Position numbers and translations under genes: made by a program. DNA of 64,000 bases, taken from assembly GCF_006345805.1 (NCBI RefSeq), contig NC_043026.1, positions 868,001-932,000 on the forward strand, written 5' to 3'. The DNA comes from Octopus sinensis (Eukaryota). The notes below the pieces were generated by a model. That model saw only the letters and a program-made list of their open reading frames with translations, did no database searches and was not told the DNA's origin. Below, one piece after another: positions 1 to 12,920 of the stretch. Positions within the stretch are counted from its first letter, which is position 1. The number at the start of each line of letters is the position of its first letter.

Positions 1-1230
1 GAACCATCCTCCATGCGAACACATTTCTCTCCTACCAATCACGATTCTCTCTCACACACTGTCTTGCAACACGAAATACCTCAAGTCTTTCATCCTCACG
101 GCGCAGGACATTGGCAATTTTCTCTTATCTGCTTCCCCTCTGGCTAGATAGACCTGTCTCTAGCTTCCCTTCTGGCAGTCTGATACCCTTCCTGCTACCA
201 CCGTTCTTCCAGGCCTTCAAGCCTGTTCTTTGTCTATAGCCCTGTCAACACTATTGTTCCAACCACCACGTTATTTGGGGTCTTAAGGGGCTTTGCACCA
301 GCCACAGATCTGGTCAGCGGCTTTCAGCAGGTTGTCCCTCAGAAACGTCCAGTTGTTCTTCTACCCCATGTGTAGCTATACCCCCTTCCACTTCGTCAAG
401 GCTTCAAGTAACATATCTCAAATCTCTGTCCATTCGCAGGGGCTTAAAGCTTCCAGACCCTTCTTCTCCATGTGGTCGTCTCTAGTCGCCCTTAGTCCTG
501 ATCCTAAAGTCACTAACTACCAGTCTATGTTGTGGGGTGCATTCTTCGCCTGGAAGGTTTTGGCATTTTTAAGCAGCCATCTTTCCCTTTTTCTGGCAGG
601 ATGTAGTCGATTTGGCTAGTATGCCGGCCCGATCGGTAGGTGACCAGGTGGCTTGTTGGTTTCCTGAAGTTAGTGTTGCAGACCATAAGGACTATTCGCA
701 TCGCAGAACTCCAGCAGCCTGGTCCCTCCTCGTTGCGGGAACCATAACCGAGCTCCATGTACGCCATGGTAGCCCCAGCATGTCGTCCAACATGCCCATG
801 AATGAATCACCAGCCACAAAGAGAAGGTCCCTGTCGTTCGTCGATGAGGTGGTCTGCAGTAGGGTGTCATAGAAACTGTCTTTCTGTCCATCGGGTAGCC
901 CTGGCTGAGGGGCATAGGCCGAATATAATGGTGCTAATCTATTATGAAGCACTATTCTAATCTTAAGTAATTCTGCACTTACTCTGATTACCCTCAATTA
1001 CTCTATCTATCCATTTCTCAGCGATAATTATACCCACGCCACCAACCCCGTCAGTGTCCCTGCCCAGAAAATCTTGTACCTGTGTCCCTTGCCTGTGAGG
1101 ACCCTAGCAATCCTCCTCTCCACCTTATTTCTTGCATACAACATACATCAACACGTCCTCCCGTTCAAAGCCTGACTATCTCGCCAGACCTACTTTCAAT
1201 GTGCCAACGTTGAGGGTGCCTACCCTGAGG
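1..1230 (-). mobile_element. RTE-clade non-LTR retrotransposon, AP-endonuclease region (frameshifted, runs off window start)
   Basis: Minus-strand fragments read SAYAPQPGLP..KDSFY, LFVAGD, GSRNEEG, CNTNFRK...TYRSGRHTSQIDYIL, which are APE motifs of RTE LINEs. Many indels. Confidence 0.9.
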
Positions 1231-1414
1231 GGTGGGAGGTGTGGGGCCTCTGAGACCCTGGGATGAGGGGCCGCAGTGTTCTGTACCTGAAAGAAAGCTT
1301 GCATTTGCCAGATATCATACTGAGACTCTAGACTACAACCTGCCAAAATTTCAAAGTTTTGCGCTATATGATCACAATAAACCCTACATAGGGGTGCGGG
1401 GGGGGGTCAAGAAA

Positions 1415-1530
1415 GATGAAAACAGAAACTTCCGGTTCTGGTAGAGGGGTGGGAGGGCGGGGTCACCTGAAAGATAGAAAGCAGAAACTTCCGGTTCTGG
1501 TAGACGGGTTGGAGGGCGGGGTCACCTCCA
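1415..1530. repeat. ~60-bp tandem duplication inside an unclassified repeat
   Basis: CAGAAACTTCCGGTTCTGGTAGA.GGGT.GGAGGGCGGGGTCACCT occurs twice, ~60 bp apart. Confidence 0.8.
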
Positions 1531-1566
1531 AGGAACAACAGGTTTTAAGTTAAATATATTATACAT

Positions 1567-1597
<31 letters not shown>

Positions 1598-1725
1598 AAT
1601 ATATATATTATATATATATATAAAGATACATACAGACACATGTACACATGTATAGATTCAATAATATATATACATAATATGAATATATATATGTATATAT
1701 AATATACATAATAAAATAAATATAT

Positions 1726-2228
1726 TCTATATTATTAAACTGTAGTTGTGTGAGTGTCTGTCCCTTCGATTTAGATTCCTAACTACTCCCACATTTTGCG
1801 GTGCAGTTAACCAAATTCGGGTATCTTATAGTCGTGATTAATATCAAGCCCGTCTGGCATCAGCGTGCGTCTACGATGAGTCTACGATTTTAAAAATAAT
1901 TTAACATAATTTTTTATTCCATTTTAATGCATAATTTTTCGTGTGTCTATGGCGGCGGAGTTGGCGTCCATGGTCACCAACCTGCACCTGTTTGCTTCTC
2001 CCCCTTCTTGTCCTCCCTCGTGAAGCTGTGGGGAAGGGAGTGTAAGGAAATCAATGTCGTAAAGCGTTGTCAGGAGACCAGCGTTCCTTTAGAACGACTT
2101 ATCAGGCTTGGACACCAAAAGAAATGGCTAAGAAGCCCGAATTGGCAACTATAAGGGAAGTAACTCTCTAAAAATGCTTATATAGTTATTTCCTTACAAA
2201 TCCGAGCAACGCCGGGTGATACTGCTAG
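1726..2228 (+). mobile_element. Non-autonomous Helitron
   Basis: 5' TC; 3' GC-rich hairpin (CCGAGCAACGCCGGG) followed by CTAG|T. Homologous copies at 30736-31133 and 40262-40770. Confidence 0.85.
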
Positions 2229-2383
2229 TAATATATATAATAAAATAAATATATAAATTAGAAAAATTAGAAACAAAATAGACAGTACAGTACTGTTTCT
2301 ACTTCGCAGACTTTCACCTATTGCAGGGAGTTTAGGAATATAACACTCTTGATAGTCGAGGGATTATTGTACGTATATATATT

Positions 2384-2414
<31 letters not shown>

Positions 2415-2446
2415 GTATATATATGTATATATATGTATATATATGT

Positions 2447-2727
2447 CAGTAGGGGACTCCACTTCACGCCTCTCACATGCCACTGCGACGAATTTAAAAA
2501 GCATTCAAAATGTGACCGCGCGTGTACCGTTGGCGATTTTTTTTCCTCCGTCTTCGCTTCTCTAGATCTTTCCTTTTCCTATCTTTCTGATGAAGAGCTC
2601 CGGCTCAAAACATAAATCCCTCCTTCTTCCCTTCCTTCCTGAGCATCCAATAATACTATATTTGTTCCACGTCCTCGCATTGCTGTGTTTTCTCTTGGTG
2701 TTTTCATGTTTGGATTAACTTTATACG
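2447..2727 (+). mobile_element. Penelope-like element end fragment in a (TA)n tract
   Basis: Flanked by TA microsatellite and contains a hammerhead-like core at 2584-2617. Confidence 0.6.
2584..2617 (+). ncRNA. Degenerate minimal hammerhead ribozyme
   Basis: TTT CTGATGA A GAGC TCCG GCTC AAAA CA TA AA. GAAA and CG appear altered by CpG-type G>A changes. Confidence 0.55.
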
Positions 2728-2746
2728 TATATATATATATATGTAT

Positions 2747-3249
2747 CACTGAGGAAATGACCAGAGACCGAGACCTTTGGAAGTATGCCGTGTGTGGGAA
2801 ATCCCGGCAGGACAAGTGAGACCATAACCTGTGGCCTCTACCTGGGACGTAGCCAGCCCACTTATGCATAACTTTCCTTCTTGTGACACAAACCCTACTT
2901 GTGAAGACCTGTTGAGGCAAGTGAAAATTGAAATCGATCAACCGGTGGCACAAGAGAACCGTCCGAACGTGGCCATTGCCAGTGCCGCCCCGACTGGCCC
3001 CAGTGCTGGTGGCACATAAAAAGCACCATCCGATCGTGACCGTTTGCCAGCCTCGTCTGGCACCTGTGCAGGTAGCACTTAAAAAGCACCCACTACACTC
3101 ATGGAGTGGTTGGCGTTAGGAAGGGCATCCAGCTGTAGAAACACTGCCAGATCAGACTGGGCCTGGCGCAGCTACTGTCTCCCCAGACCCCAGTTGAACC
3201 GTCCAACCCATGCTAGCATGGAAAACGGACGTTAAACGATGATGATGAT
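2747..3249 (+). mobile_element. RTE 3' end / RTE-tailed SINE ending in (GAT)n
   Basis: Starts with the RTE ORF terminus (TEEMTRDRDLWKYAV), shares the body seen at 4430-5555, ends GGACGTTAAACGATGATG. Confidence 0.8.
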
Positions 3250-3319
3250 ATATATATGCTTTTGGTGTGAATGGTTTCTTTACATGGTACCGTGATTTAC
3301 AATCCTGTAAATAATAATA

Positions 3320-3548
3320 ATGGTATTTTTATATAAGCTTAAAGCTAATGGTGATCACCATGCAATGAATAAGGAAAATAGTTTAATAATGGGGCATATA
3401 AGTCCTCAACAGAAAAAAGAAGGCTTTCCTATCCGTGTGAGAAGCCTTCTTTTTCTGTCGAGGGCTTATATGCCTCTTTATTAGACAATTTTTTCTTAGT
3501 CACTGCATGGTGATCACCATAAGCTTTAAGCTTGTGTAAAAATACCAT
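3320..3548. repeat. Long inverted repeat (fold-back), ~105-bp arms
   Basis: ATGGTATTTTTATATAAGCTTAAAGC...AGAAGGCTT pairs with AAGCCTTCT...GCTTTAAGCTTGTGTAAAAATACCAT; loop about 12-14 nt. Confidence 0.9.
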
Positions 3549-3551
3549 ATA

Positions 3552-3842
3552 TCATCATCATCATCGTTTAACGTCTGCTTTCCATGCTGGCATGGGTTGG
3601 AGTATTTGACTGAGGACTGGCGAACCAGATGGCTGCACCAAGCTCCAATCTGATCCAGCAGAGTTTCTACAGCTGGATACTCTTCCTAACGCCAACCACT
3701 CTCAGAGTGTAGTGGGTGCTTTTATGTGCCACCGGCATGAGGGCCAGTCAGGCGGTACTGGCAACGATCTCACTCAAATGGTGTTTTTACGTGCCATCTG
3801 TACAGGAGCCAGTCCAGCAGCACTGGCAATGACCTCACTCAA
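3552..3842 (-). mobile_element. RTE-tailed SINE copy
   Basis: CATCATCATCGTTTAACGTCTGCTTTCCATGCTGGCATGGGTTGG is the reverse complement of the family tail. Confidence 0.8.
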
Positions 3843-3877
3843 ATATATATATATATATATATAATATATATATATAT

Positions 3878-4020
3878 ACAACTTATAAATAAGGGCAAAC
3901 AAAAAAATCTTTTTGTTTGCCCTTATTTATAAGTTGTTTATAATCTAACCTTTAAAGGTATTTTTTAATATGCTGGCCATGGATAAATTTTTTTTTCGAA
4001 AAAATTTTATCCTACATTAG
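3878..4020 (+). mobile_element. Penelope-like fragment with terminal hairpin (3878-3937)
   Basis: ACAACTTATAAATAAGGGCAAACAAAA pairs with TTTTGTTTGCCCTTATTTATAAGTTGT. The remainder is the reverse complement of 8605-8710. TA-flanked. Confidence 0.65.
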
Positions 4021-4039
4021 ATATATATATATATATATA

Positions 4040-4505
4040 TATGACTAAAGGCCTCTCGCTCAGAGTAAAAGGCAGACTGTATGATGCGTGTGTACGAACA
4101 GCCATGCTACATGGCAGTGAAACATGGGCCGTGACTGCCGAGGACATGCGTAAGCTCGTGAGGAATGAAGCCAGTATGGTCCGATGGATGTGTAATGTCA
4201 GTGTACATACTCGACAGAGCGTTAGCACCTTGAGAGAAATGTTGTACCTAAGAGGCATCAGTTGTGGTGTACAAGAGAGACGATTGCGCTGGTATGGTCA
4301 TGTGGCAAGAATGGATGAAGATAGTTGTGTGAAAAAGTACCAATCCTTAGCAGTTGAGGGAACCCGTGGAAGAGGTAGACCCAGGAAAACCTGGGACGAG
4401 TGGTGAAGCACGACCTTCGAACTTTAGGCCTCACTGAGGAAATGACCAGCGACCGAGACCTTTGGAAATATTCTGTACGTAAAAAGACCAGGCAGGACAA
4501 GTGAG
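4040..4505 (+). mobile_element. RTE LINE 3' coding fragment
   Basis: LSLRVKGRLYDACVRTAMLHGSETW...RRLRWYGHVARM...RGRGRPRKTW is the RTE ORF C-terminus. Confidence 0.92.
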
Positions 4506-4544
4506 CCCACCCACTTATGAATGCCTTTCCTCCCTTGGACACAA

Positions 4545-5555
4545 AGACCTGTTGAGGCAAGCGAAGTCGATATAGAACCTCATCACGACAGGCACCCATG
4601 CCAACCCCCTTGCTTGCGAAGACATGATGGGGCAAGCGAAATCGAATTGAACCAGCCAGGATCCCTGGTCTGGTGGTACGTAAAAAGCACTATCCGACTC
4701 GTGGCCGATGCCAGCGCCGCCTCCACTGGCTTCCGTGCCGGTGGCACGTAAAATACACCAATCTGACCGTACGACAGGCACCCATGCCAACCCCCTGCTT
4801 GCGAAGACATGTTGGGGCAAGCGAAATCGAATTGAACCAGCCAGGATCCCTGGTCTGGTGGTACGTAAAAAGCACTATCCGACTCGTGGCCGATGCCTCC
4901 ACTGGCTTCCGTGCCGGTGGCACGTAAAATACACCATCTGACCGTACGACAGGCACCCATGCCAACCCCCTTGCTTGCGAAGACATGTTGGGGCAAGCGA
5001 AAACGAAATCGAAATCGAATTGAACCACCAGGATCCCTGGTCTGGTGGTACGTAAAAAGCCCTATCCGACTCGTGGCCGATGCCAGCGCCGCCTCCACTG
5101 GCTCCGTGCCGGTGGCACTAAAAATACACCATCTGACCGTACGACAGGCACCCATGCCAACCCCCTTGCTTGCGAAGACATGTTGGGGCAAGCGAATCGA
5201 AATCGAATTGAACCAGCCAGATCCCTGGTCTGATGGTACGTAAAAAGCACTATCCGACTCGTGGCCGATGCCAGCACCCCCTCGTTTGGCTTCCGTGCAG
5301 GTGGCACATAAAATACACCAATCCGACCGTGGCCGTTGCCAGCCTCGCCTGGCACCTGTGCAGGTGGCACGTAAAAAGCACCCACTACACTCACGGAGTG
5401 GTTGGCGTTAGGAAGGGCATCCAGCTGTAGAAACACTGCCAGATAAGACTGGAGCCTGGTGCAGCCTTCTGGATTCCAGATCCCCGGTCGAACCGTCCAA
5501 CCCATGCTAGCATGGAGAACGGACGTTAAACGATGATGATGATGATGATGATGAT
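4545..5555 (+). repeat. RTE 3' UTR with ~180-bp unit in ~4 tandem copies, then (GAT)n tail
   Basis: ACAGGCACCCATGCCAACCCCC recurs at about 4588, 4774, 4949 and 5144. Confidence 0.85.
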
Positions 5556-6049
5556 ATACCCAACCCATGCGAGCATGGACAACGGATACAGAGAAATGAT
5601 GATGATGATGATGATGATATATATATATATATATATATATGGGCTTCTTTCAGTTTCCATCAAACAAAATCCATTCACTAGGCTTTGGTCAGACCAAGGG
5701 TACAGTAGGAAACAATTGCCAAGTGTGCCACGCAGTGGGACTGAACCCGCAACCATGCTGTTGGGAAGCAAACTTCTTACTACACAGCCATGCCTGTGCC
5801 TGTTTTGTTTTTGTTTCACTTTTGGTTTTTGTTCAGTGATGGGACTTCAAGGGATTTGTTCCTTCGTTGATGTTGTTGTTGACAGAAGGGTATAAATTCA
5901 AGTGAGACTAAGCTGCTATTTCTAACGAGTGGAGGGACCACATGGTGGCTTCTTCGCTGGCTGGTGGTTGATGTTGTTAGTGATGATGATGATCATTGCA
6001 ACAATGCAGACATCCAGTTTAGGTGCAGCTGCACATCAAACTACCAAAA

Positions 6050-6302
6050 TCTCTCTCTGTCTCTCTTTCTTCCCCCTCTCTCTCTCTCTCTCTCTCACAC
6101 AGTTTGTCTGTCTGTCTGTCTGTCTCTCTCTCTCACACTCTATCTGTCTGTTTCTGTCTCTGTCTGTCTCTCTCCCTCTTTCTCTCTATCTGTCTGCGTC
6201 CCACTCATTCTCCAACTCTCTCTCTATCTCTTTCTCTCTCTCTCTCTCACTGTTTGTCTGTCTCTCTTTCTCTCTCTCTCTCTCACACTCTATCTGTCTG
6301 TT

Positions 6303-6337
<35 letters not shown>

Positions 6338-7010
6338 GTCTGTCTGTGTCCCATTCATTCTCCCGCGCTCTCTCTCTCTCACTGTCTGTCTGTCTGTCTT
6401 TGTCTCTCTCTCCCTTCCACTGTCTGTCTGTCTGTCTTCGTCTCTCTCTCTCTCACTATCTGTCTGTCTGTCTTTGTCTCTCTGTCTCACTGTCTATCTT
6501 TGTCTCTTTCAGTTTCTCTCATTCTCTCTCTCTCTCTGTCTCACTCACCCTCCCTCACTCTCTCTCTTACTCTGTCTCTCTGTCTGTGTCTCACTTTCCC
6601 TATTTCTCTCTCTCTCTCTGTCTATGTCTCACTCAGTCACCCTCCCTCTCTCTCTCTCTGTCTATGTCTCACTCACCCTCCCTCTCTCTCTCTGTCTATG
6701 TCTCACTCACCCTCCTCTCTCTCTCTCTCTGTCTATGTCTCACTCACTCACCCTCCCTCTCTCTCTCTCTGTCTATGTCTCACTCACCCCCCCCTCTCTC
6801 TCTCTCCTGTCTATGTCTCACTCACCCTGCCTCTCTCTCTCTGTCTATGTCTCACTCACCCTCCCTCTCTCTCTCTCTGTCTATCTATGTCTCACTCACC
6901 CTCCCTTTCTCTCTCTCTGTCTATGTCTCACTCACCCTCCCTCCCTCTCTCTCTCTCTCTCTCTCACTCTGTCTGTCTCACTCTCCCTCCCTCTCTCTCT
7001 CTTACTTCCT
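6050..7010. repeat. (CT)n/(CTGT)n low-complexity tract with CTGTCTATGTCTCACTCACCCTCC units
   Basis: Direct inspection. This tract produces the spurious Ser/Leu ORFs at 5929-7346. Confidence 0.95.
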
Positions 7011-7207
7011 CCCTTCCATTCTCTGCATTTCTGTGTATGTATGTATGTATGCATCTCTCTTCCCTCCCCCTCCTTTCTCTCTCTGCGTGTATATACTGCA
7101 CAGGTAGCAGTGGAAGCAGCAGATTGTTGTATAACTGTAGACAGTCAGTTGCCTGCCATAGCCTTGAACATATGTAGTGCACAGTGTTGCACAGTGCAGC
7201 AAGGAAT

Positions 7208-7244
<37 letters not shown>

Positions 7245-7279
7245 GGGAGGAGGAAAGAGAAAGAGAGAAATAGAGAACA

Positions 7280-7870
7280 ATATATTATATATATATATAT
7301 ATACACTTACACACACATATATATATATAGAGAGAGAGAGCCATAAATACAAATGTACATACATGCATATATATATTTATATATATATATATATATATAT
7401 ACATACACATGTATATATACACACACACACACACACATACACATATATATATACATACATATATATATATATACATATATACACACACACACTTATATAT
7501 ATACATATATACACACACACACACACACACATATATAATATATATATATATATACATACATATGTGTATGTTTACATATATATATATATGTATGTGCATA
7601 TATATGTGTGTGTGTGTACATGTATATATATATAAATATATACACACATACATATATACACTCACATATATATACATATACACATATATATATGTAAACA
7701 TACACATATGTATGTATATGTATATATAAATATACACACACACACACATATATACACACACATATATATACATATATATATATGTACACATACACTTATG
7801 TATGTATATATATATATAATATATATATACACTCACTTACATATGCATATACAAACATATGTACACACAC
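7280..7870. repeat. (TA)n/(CA)n compound microsatellite
   Basis: Direct inspection. Confidence 0.95.
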
Positions 7871-8464
7871 AGACTGATAGACCATGAGAAAAGGAAGAGC
7901 AAGGCGGGGCATACTGCCATGTGCTGAAGGTTGACAGGCATATGTTGCACGTGCACTGCACATCGATGCAACGTCACGTGATGACGGATGCCAACCAGAC
8001 AACCTAGAACCAGCATCACTGGATCATCAATCACAATCCAGTAAACATATGGTTAAAGACAATCCGACCCCGACCACCCAGTCCTTTGTTTCTCTGCACC
8101 CATCTTTATAGGTCTACACGTCTTCATTGTCCAATATATCCTGCCTTTTACTTGTTTCAATCGTTTCATTGTGACCAAGCTGGAGCACTGCCTTATGTGT
8201 GTGTGTTTGTGTGTATATGTATATAATATATATATATATATATATGTATGTGTATGTATATGTCTGTCTGTGTTTGTCCCCCTAGCATTGTGTGACAACC
8301 GATGCTGGTGTGTTTATGTCCCCGTCACTTAGTGGTTCGGCAAAAGAGACCAATAGAATAAGTACTGGGCTTACAAAGAATAATCTCGGGGTCGATTTGC
8401 TCGACTAAAGGCGGTGCTCCAGCATGGCTGCAGTCAAATGACTGAAACAAGAGAGTAAAAGATA

Positions 8465-8594
<130 letters not shown>

Positions 8595-8604
8595 TATGTT
8601 ATGA

Positions 8605-8985
8605 CTAATGTAGGATAAAATTTTTTTCGAAAAAAATTTTATCAATGGCCAGCATATCAGAAAATACCTTTAAAGGTTAAATTTATAAATAATTTACAAA
8701 AGAAGGGCAAAAGAAAAATTCTAATACCAAATATGCCGAGAAAAAGACAGAATTGTCAATAACCATTAAAATTTATGCGTCTCGAAACAAACCAATAGAA
8801 ATTTCTAAAAAAATCCGTTAGTACTGTATTGGTCCCAATTTCGGGGTTAATTCATAAGAATTTTCCCCTCTTCAGCGATAAATATGTAAGACATAAATGG
8901 AATACTTACTCATACCCATGGAAAAAGCAAGCACTAAGTCCTGAGCAGACCTAAGTACCCCAAATATATCCAAAATAGAAAATAT
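8605..8985 (-). mobile_element. Penelope-like element fragment in a (TA)n tract
   Basis: TA-flanked, homologous to 3910-4020, carries a hammerhead at 8822-8880. Confidence 0.65.
8822..8880 (-). ncRNA. Minimal type I hammerhead ribozyme, core intact
   Basis: Minus strand: TATCG CTGAAGA GGGG aaAATTCttatGAATTaa CCCC GAAA TTGG ga CCAA TA CAGTA. Stem I has one mismatch and one G.U pair. Confidence 0.75.
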
Positions 8986-9383
8986 ATGTATATATGTATA
9001 TTACTTCTATAATACACAAAACCTTTTGACAATTTTTTTTTATACAGTTCCTAATAAGGATCTAATAGGAGTTTTTAAACATGGCATAGTTATGAGGGTC
9101 CAGCCAAGTAAAACAGGAATTAACGGAGTCCATAGGAAAAAAAATTGTTGAGAACCACTGATGTAGGCACTACAGGGTGATTGGAGGGGCAGCTGGCATA
9201 ATGGTGATGACAATGATGCTGATGATGATGATGATCATAATGACAATGACGATGATCATGATGATTATAATGACAATGATAATGATGATGATGATGCTGA
9301 TGATGATCATGATGATCATGCTGCTGATGATGATGATGACAACAACAATGATGGTTTATAATATTACCATAAAGTCATATATA

Positions 9384-10170
9384 CAGGGGTTGGACAAAAT
9401 AATGGAAACACCTAGCATCGTGATTTTCAAATATCTATAAAACCATCGAAAGCTTGTTTATTTTTATGTTTTTTGATTTATTATTAGTGTTGTTTACTTT
9501 GTTCTGCTAAAATTGCTGTTTCTTTTCAGATGTCATCAGAAAAAGTAATTAAAATTCATTAAAATGACAGATCTATCAGACTTTCAAAAAGGTCAAATTG
9601 TTGCTGCTCGTATTGCAGGTGCTAGCATAATGAAAACAGCCTAAATGTTTGGTGTATCAAGAAGTACTGTCTCAAAAGTAATGCCAGCCTTTGAGAAAGA
9701 GGAAAAAACCTCCTCGTCAAAAGAAAACTCAGAAGAAAACCAAAACTTTCAGATAGGGACTGGACTATATCTTGGAAATCCACCGGCCCAATGGTTTCCC
9801 TTCATGGCAGAATTAATAGTTAAGACTATTTAAGCATTTTATCTGATCAAATTCATCCTATGGTCGCAAAACTATTTCCAGAAGGAAACGCAATCTTTCA
9901 GGATGGTAATGCACCAATTCACACAGCTCAAGTTTTTACTGAATGGCACAAGGAACATTTTGGTGAAGTTCGGCATCTTTTCTGGACACCACAGTCCCCA
10001 GATCCCAATATTATTCAACATTTATGGTGCATTTTAGAAAAACAAGTAATGAGTCGATATCCCACACCATCATCACTACAAGAACTGGAGACTATTTAGC
10101 TGAAGAATGGACAAAAATTCCTTTGGAAACAATTCAAACTTTATAGAAGGCCATACCTTGTGGAATTCAA
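9384..10170 (+). mobile_element. Decayed Tc1 transposon
   Basis: TA then CAGGGGTTGGACAAAATAATGGAAAC (Tc1-like end). N-terminal MTDLSDFQKGQIVAAR..FGVSRSTVSKV and catalytic IFQDGNAPIH...WTPQSPDPNIIQHLW are present with stops and deletions. Confidence 0.85.
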
Positions 10171-10248
10171 GTGAGGAATTCAAGACAGTGAGGAGTGGTG
10201 CAGTCTGTCAAACCATCCAACCCATGTCAGCATGGAAAGCAGACGTTA

Positions 10249-10486
10249 AATGATGATGATGACGACGACGATGACGATGATGATGATAATGATGATTATG
10301 ATGATGATGATGACGATGATGATGATGACGATAATGAAGATGATGATGATGATTATGACGATGATGATGATGACGATGACGATGATAATGAAGATGATGA
10401 TGATGATTAGGACAATGATGATGATGATGATGATAATGACGATGGCGATGATGACGACGACGATAATGAAGATGATGATGATGACA

Positions 10487-10518
<32 letters not shown>

Positions 10519-10795
10519 TGAGAGAACAAGCAAACTAGAACAAGATTCCAATTCAGAATGAAAATGTGTGTTACAAAGCACTTTGCTCCACCAGCATCAC
10601 CACCACCACCACCATAATCATCACTACCACCACCATCACCACCATCACCACCACAACCACCATCACTACCACAACCACCACCACCACCACCATCACCATC
10701 ACTACCACCATCATCACTGACACCACTGCCGCAGCCACCACCACCGCCACTGCCACCCCCACCACCACCAACGTCGCCGTCACCGCCTCCGCCAC
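10249..10795. repeat. (GAT)n and (CAC)n microsatellites
   Basis: Direct inspection. Confidence 0.95.
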
Positions 10796-11417
10796 CAAAT
10801 TCTCACAACTCCCATTCTACCCGAATTGCCATTCAATAATCTAACACTGAAATCACACAGCCGCTCCGTGTTCTGTACAATCACTGCCCAACACTGAAAC
10901 TCTATGTACACACATACATACATACATACATAAACACACCCACCCACACCACACACACACACATACACACACACGCATATATATAACAAATCCACATACA
11001 CACACACATGCACACACACACACACACAACCCATCACTTTATACGATCACCACCCAATAAAATAAGACAACACATACCTTTATCTAATCGATACTTGACA
11101 CCGTCACACCAAAGCTCACGTTCAACACAATTGCCATACAGCAGCAGCAGGAGCAGCAGTAGCAGCAGCAAACACGATCTAAACAGCATACACATCATAC
11201 TTCGTGCCACAGTCACTAACCAGCTCCAAACTCACTCACAGCAGCACATATAAAACAATCACCCTTCTGATAAAATAATACAGTAGATTCTCTTACATAA
11301 TTCATGCTTTATACTGCGATAGACTTCATAACACCCAACGTTTCACACGATTCGCAAACTTATGTTCGACTCAATAATATAATATAACCGACACACACAG
11401 CACATAGAGTTTACAGT

Positions 11418-12010
11418 AGGCGCAGGAGTGGCTGTGTGGTAAGTAGCTTGTTTACCAACCACATGATTCCCGGGTTCAGTCCCACTGCGTGGGACCTTGG
11501 GCAAGTGTCTTCTACTATAGCCTCAGGCCGACCAAAGCCTTGTGAGTGGATTTGGTAGACGGAAACTGAAAGAAGCCCGTCGTATATATGTATACGCAGG
11601 CGCAGGAGTGGCTGTGTGGTAAGTAGCTTGTTTACCAACCACATGGTTCCCGGGTTCAGTCCCACTGCGTGGCACCTTGAGCAAGTGTCTTCTACTATAG
11701 CCTCGGGCCGACCAAAGCCTTGTGAGTGGATTTGGTAGACGGAAACTGAAAGAAGCCCGTCGTATATATGCATATATATATGTGTGCGTGTGTATGTTTG
11801 TGTGTCTGTGTTTGTCCCCCTAGCATTGCTTGACAACCAATGCTGGTGTGTTTATGTCCCCGTTACTTAGCGGTTCGGCAAAAGAGACCGATAGAATAAG
11901 TACTGGGCTTACAAAAGAATAAGTCCCGGGGTCGAGTTGCTCGATTAAAGGTGGTGCTCCAGCATGGCCACAGTCAAATGACTGAAACGAGTAAAAGAGA
12001 GAAAAGAGAG
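11418..12010 (+). mobile_element. tRNA-derived SINE (family A) with tandemly duplicated 5' half
   Basis: GGCGCAGGAGTGGCTGTGTGGTAAG (A-box-like) and GGTTCAGTCCC (B-box-like) occur twice, 180 bp apart; tail GAGTAAAAGAG. Confidence 0.85.
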
Positions 12011-12323
12011 ACTATGGCTATCTGACTCCAAACTCAGACAGAACATAGAAAAACAATACGCAACGCTAATGAAATAATTTTTTGTGTTATAGCACAAGGC
12101 CTGAAGTATTTTTGGGCGGGAGGCAGCAGCCAGTTGAATACATCCGCCTCGGTGCTTAGCTGTACTTGGTTCATCGACTGCAAAAAGATGTGGGGCAAGG
12201 TTGACTTTCCAACAGAATTTGAATCCAAAATGTGAAGGCAGACGAAAATGACGTTAAAGATTCTGCCCAACGTCCGAACAATTCTGTCAGGTTGCTGCCT
12301 GAATAGTAATAATAATGATGATA

Positions 12324-12360
<37 letters not shown>

Positions 12361-12503
12361 CGAGGATGATGATGAAGATGATGATGATGATAATAATAAT
12401 GATAATAATAATAATAATAATAATAATAACGATAATAATGATGATGATGATGATGATAATAATAATAATAATAATAATAATGATGATAATAATAATGATG
12501 ATA

Positions 12504-12547
<44 letters not shown>

Positions 12548-12920
12548 GATGATAATGTTAATAATAATAATGATGATGATGATGATGATAATCCCTTCTA
12601 CTATACGTACAAGGCCTGAAATTAGGGGGCAGGGGGCTAGTACAGAACTGGTACTTAATTTATCAACCCTGACTGGATGAAAGGCAAAGTTGACTCCAAC
12701 AGCATTTGAACTCAGAATGTGAAGATATATATAACATACAGAAAATTGCACCACTGGGCACTGCACACATCCTATGCAAAACACTTTCAATACAGAAACC
12801 ATCAGAGCATCACAACAAACCACAGCACATACCCAAGGCGCACAGAGCTGCGCTCGGTAGTGAAGTGAAAGCACACTATAAAAATAAAACTACTCAATAA
12901 TAATAATAAGTATATTATAT

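Noticed and set aside
2278-2365. Minus-strand GAAA-CAGTACTG-TA half hammerhead
   Set aside because: No recognisable CUGANGA upstream.
5929-7346. Long ORFs of 384-460 aa
   Set aside because: They are translations of a stop-free (CT)n tract with no domain content.
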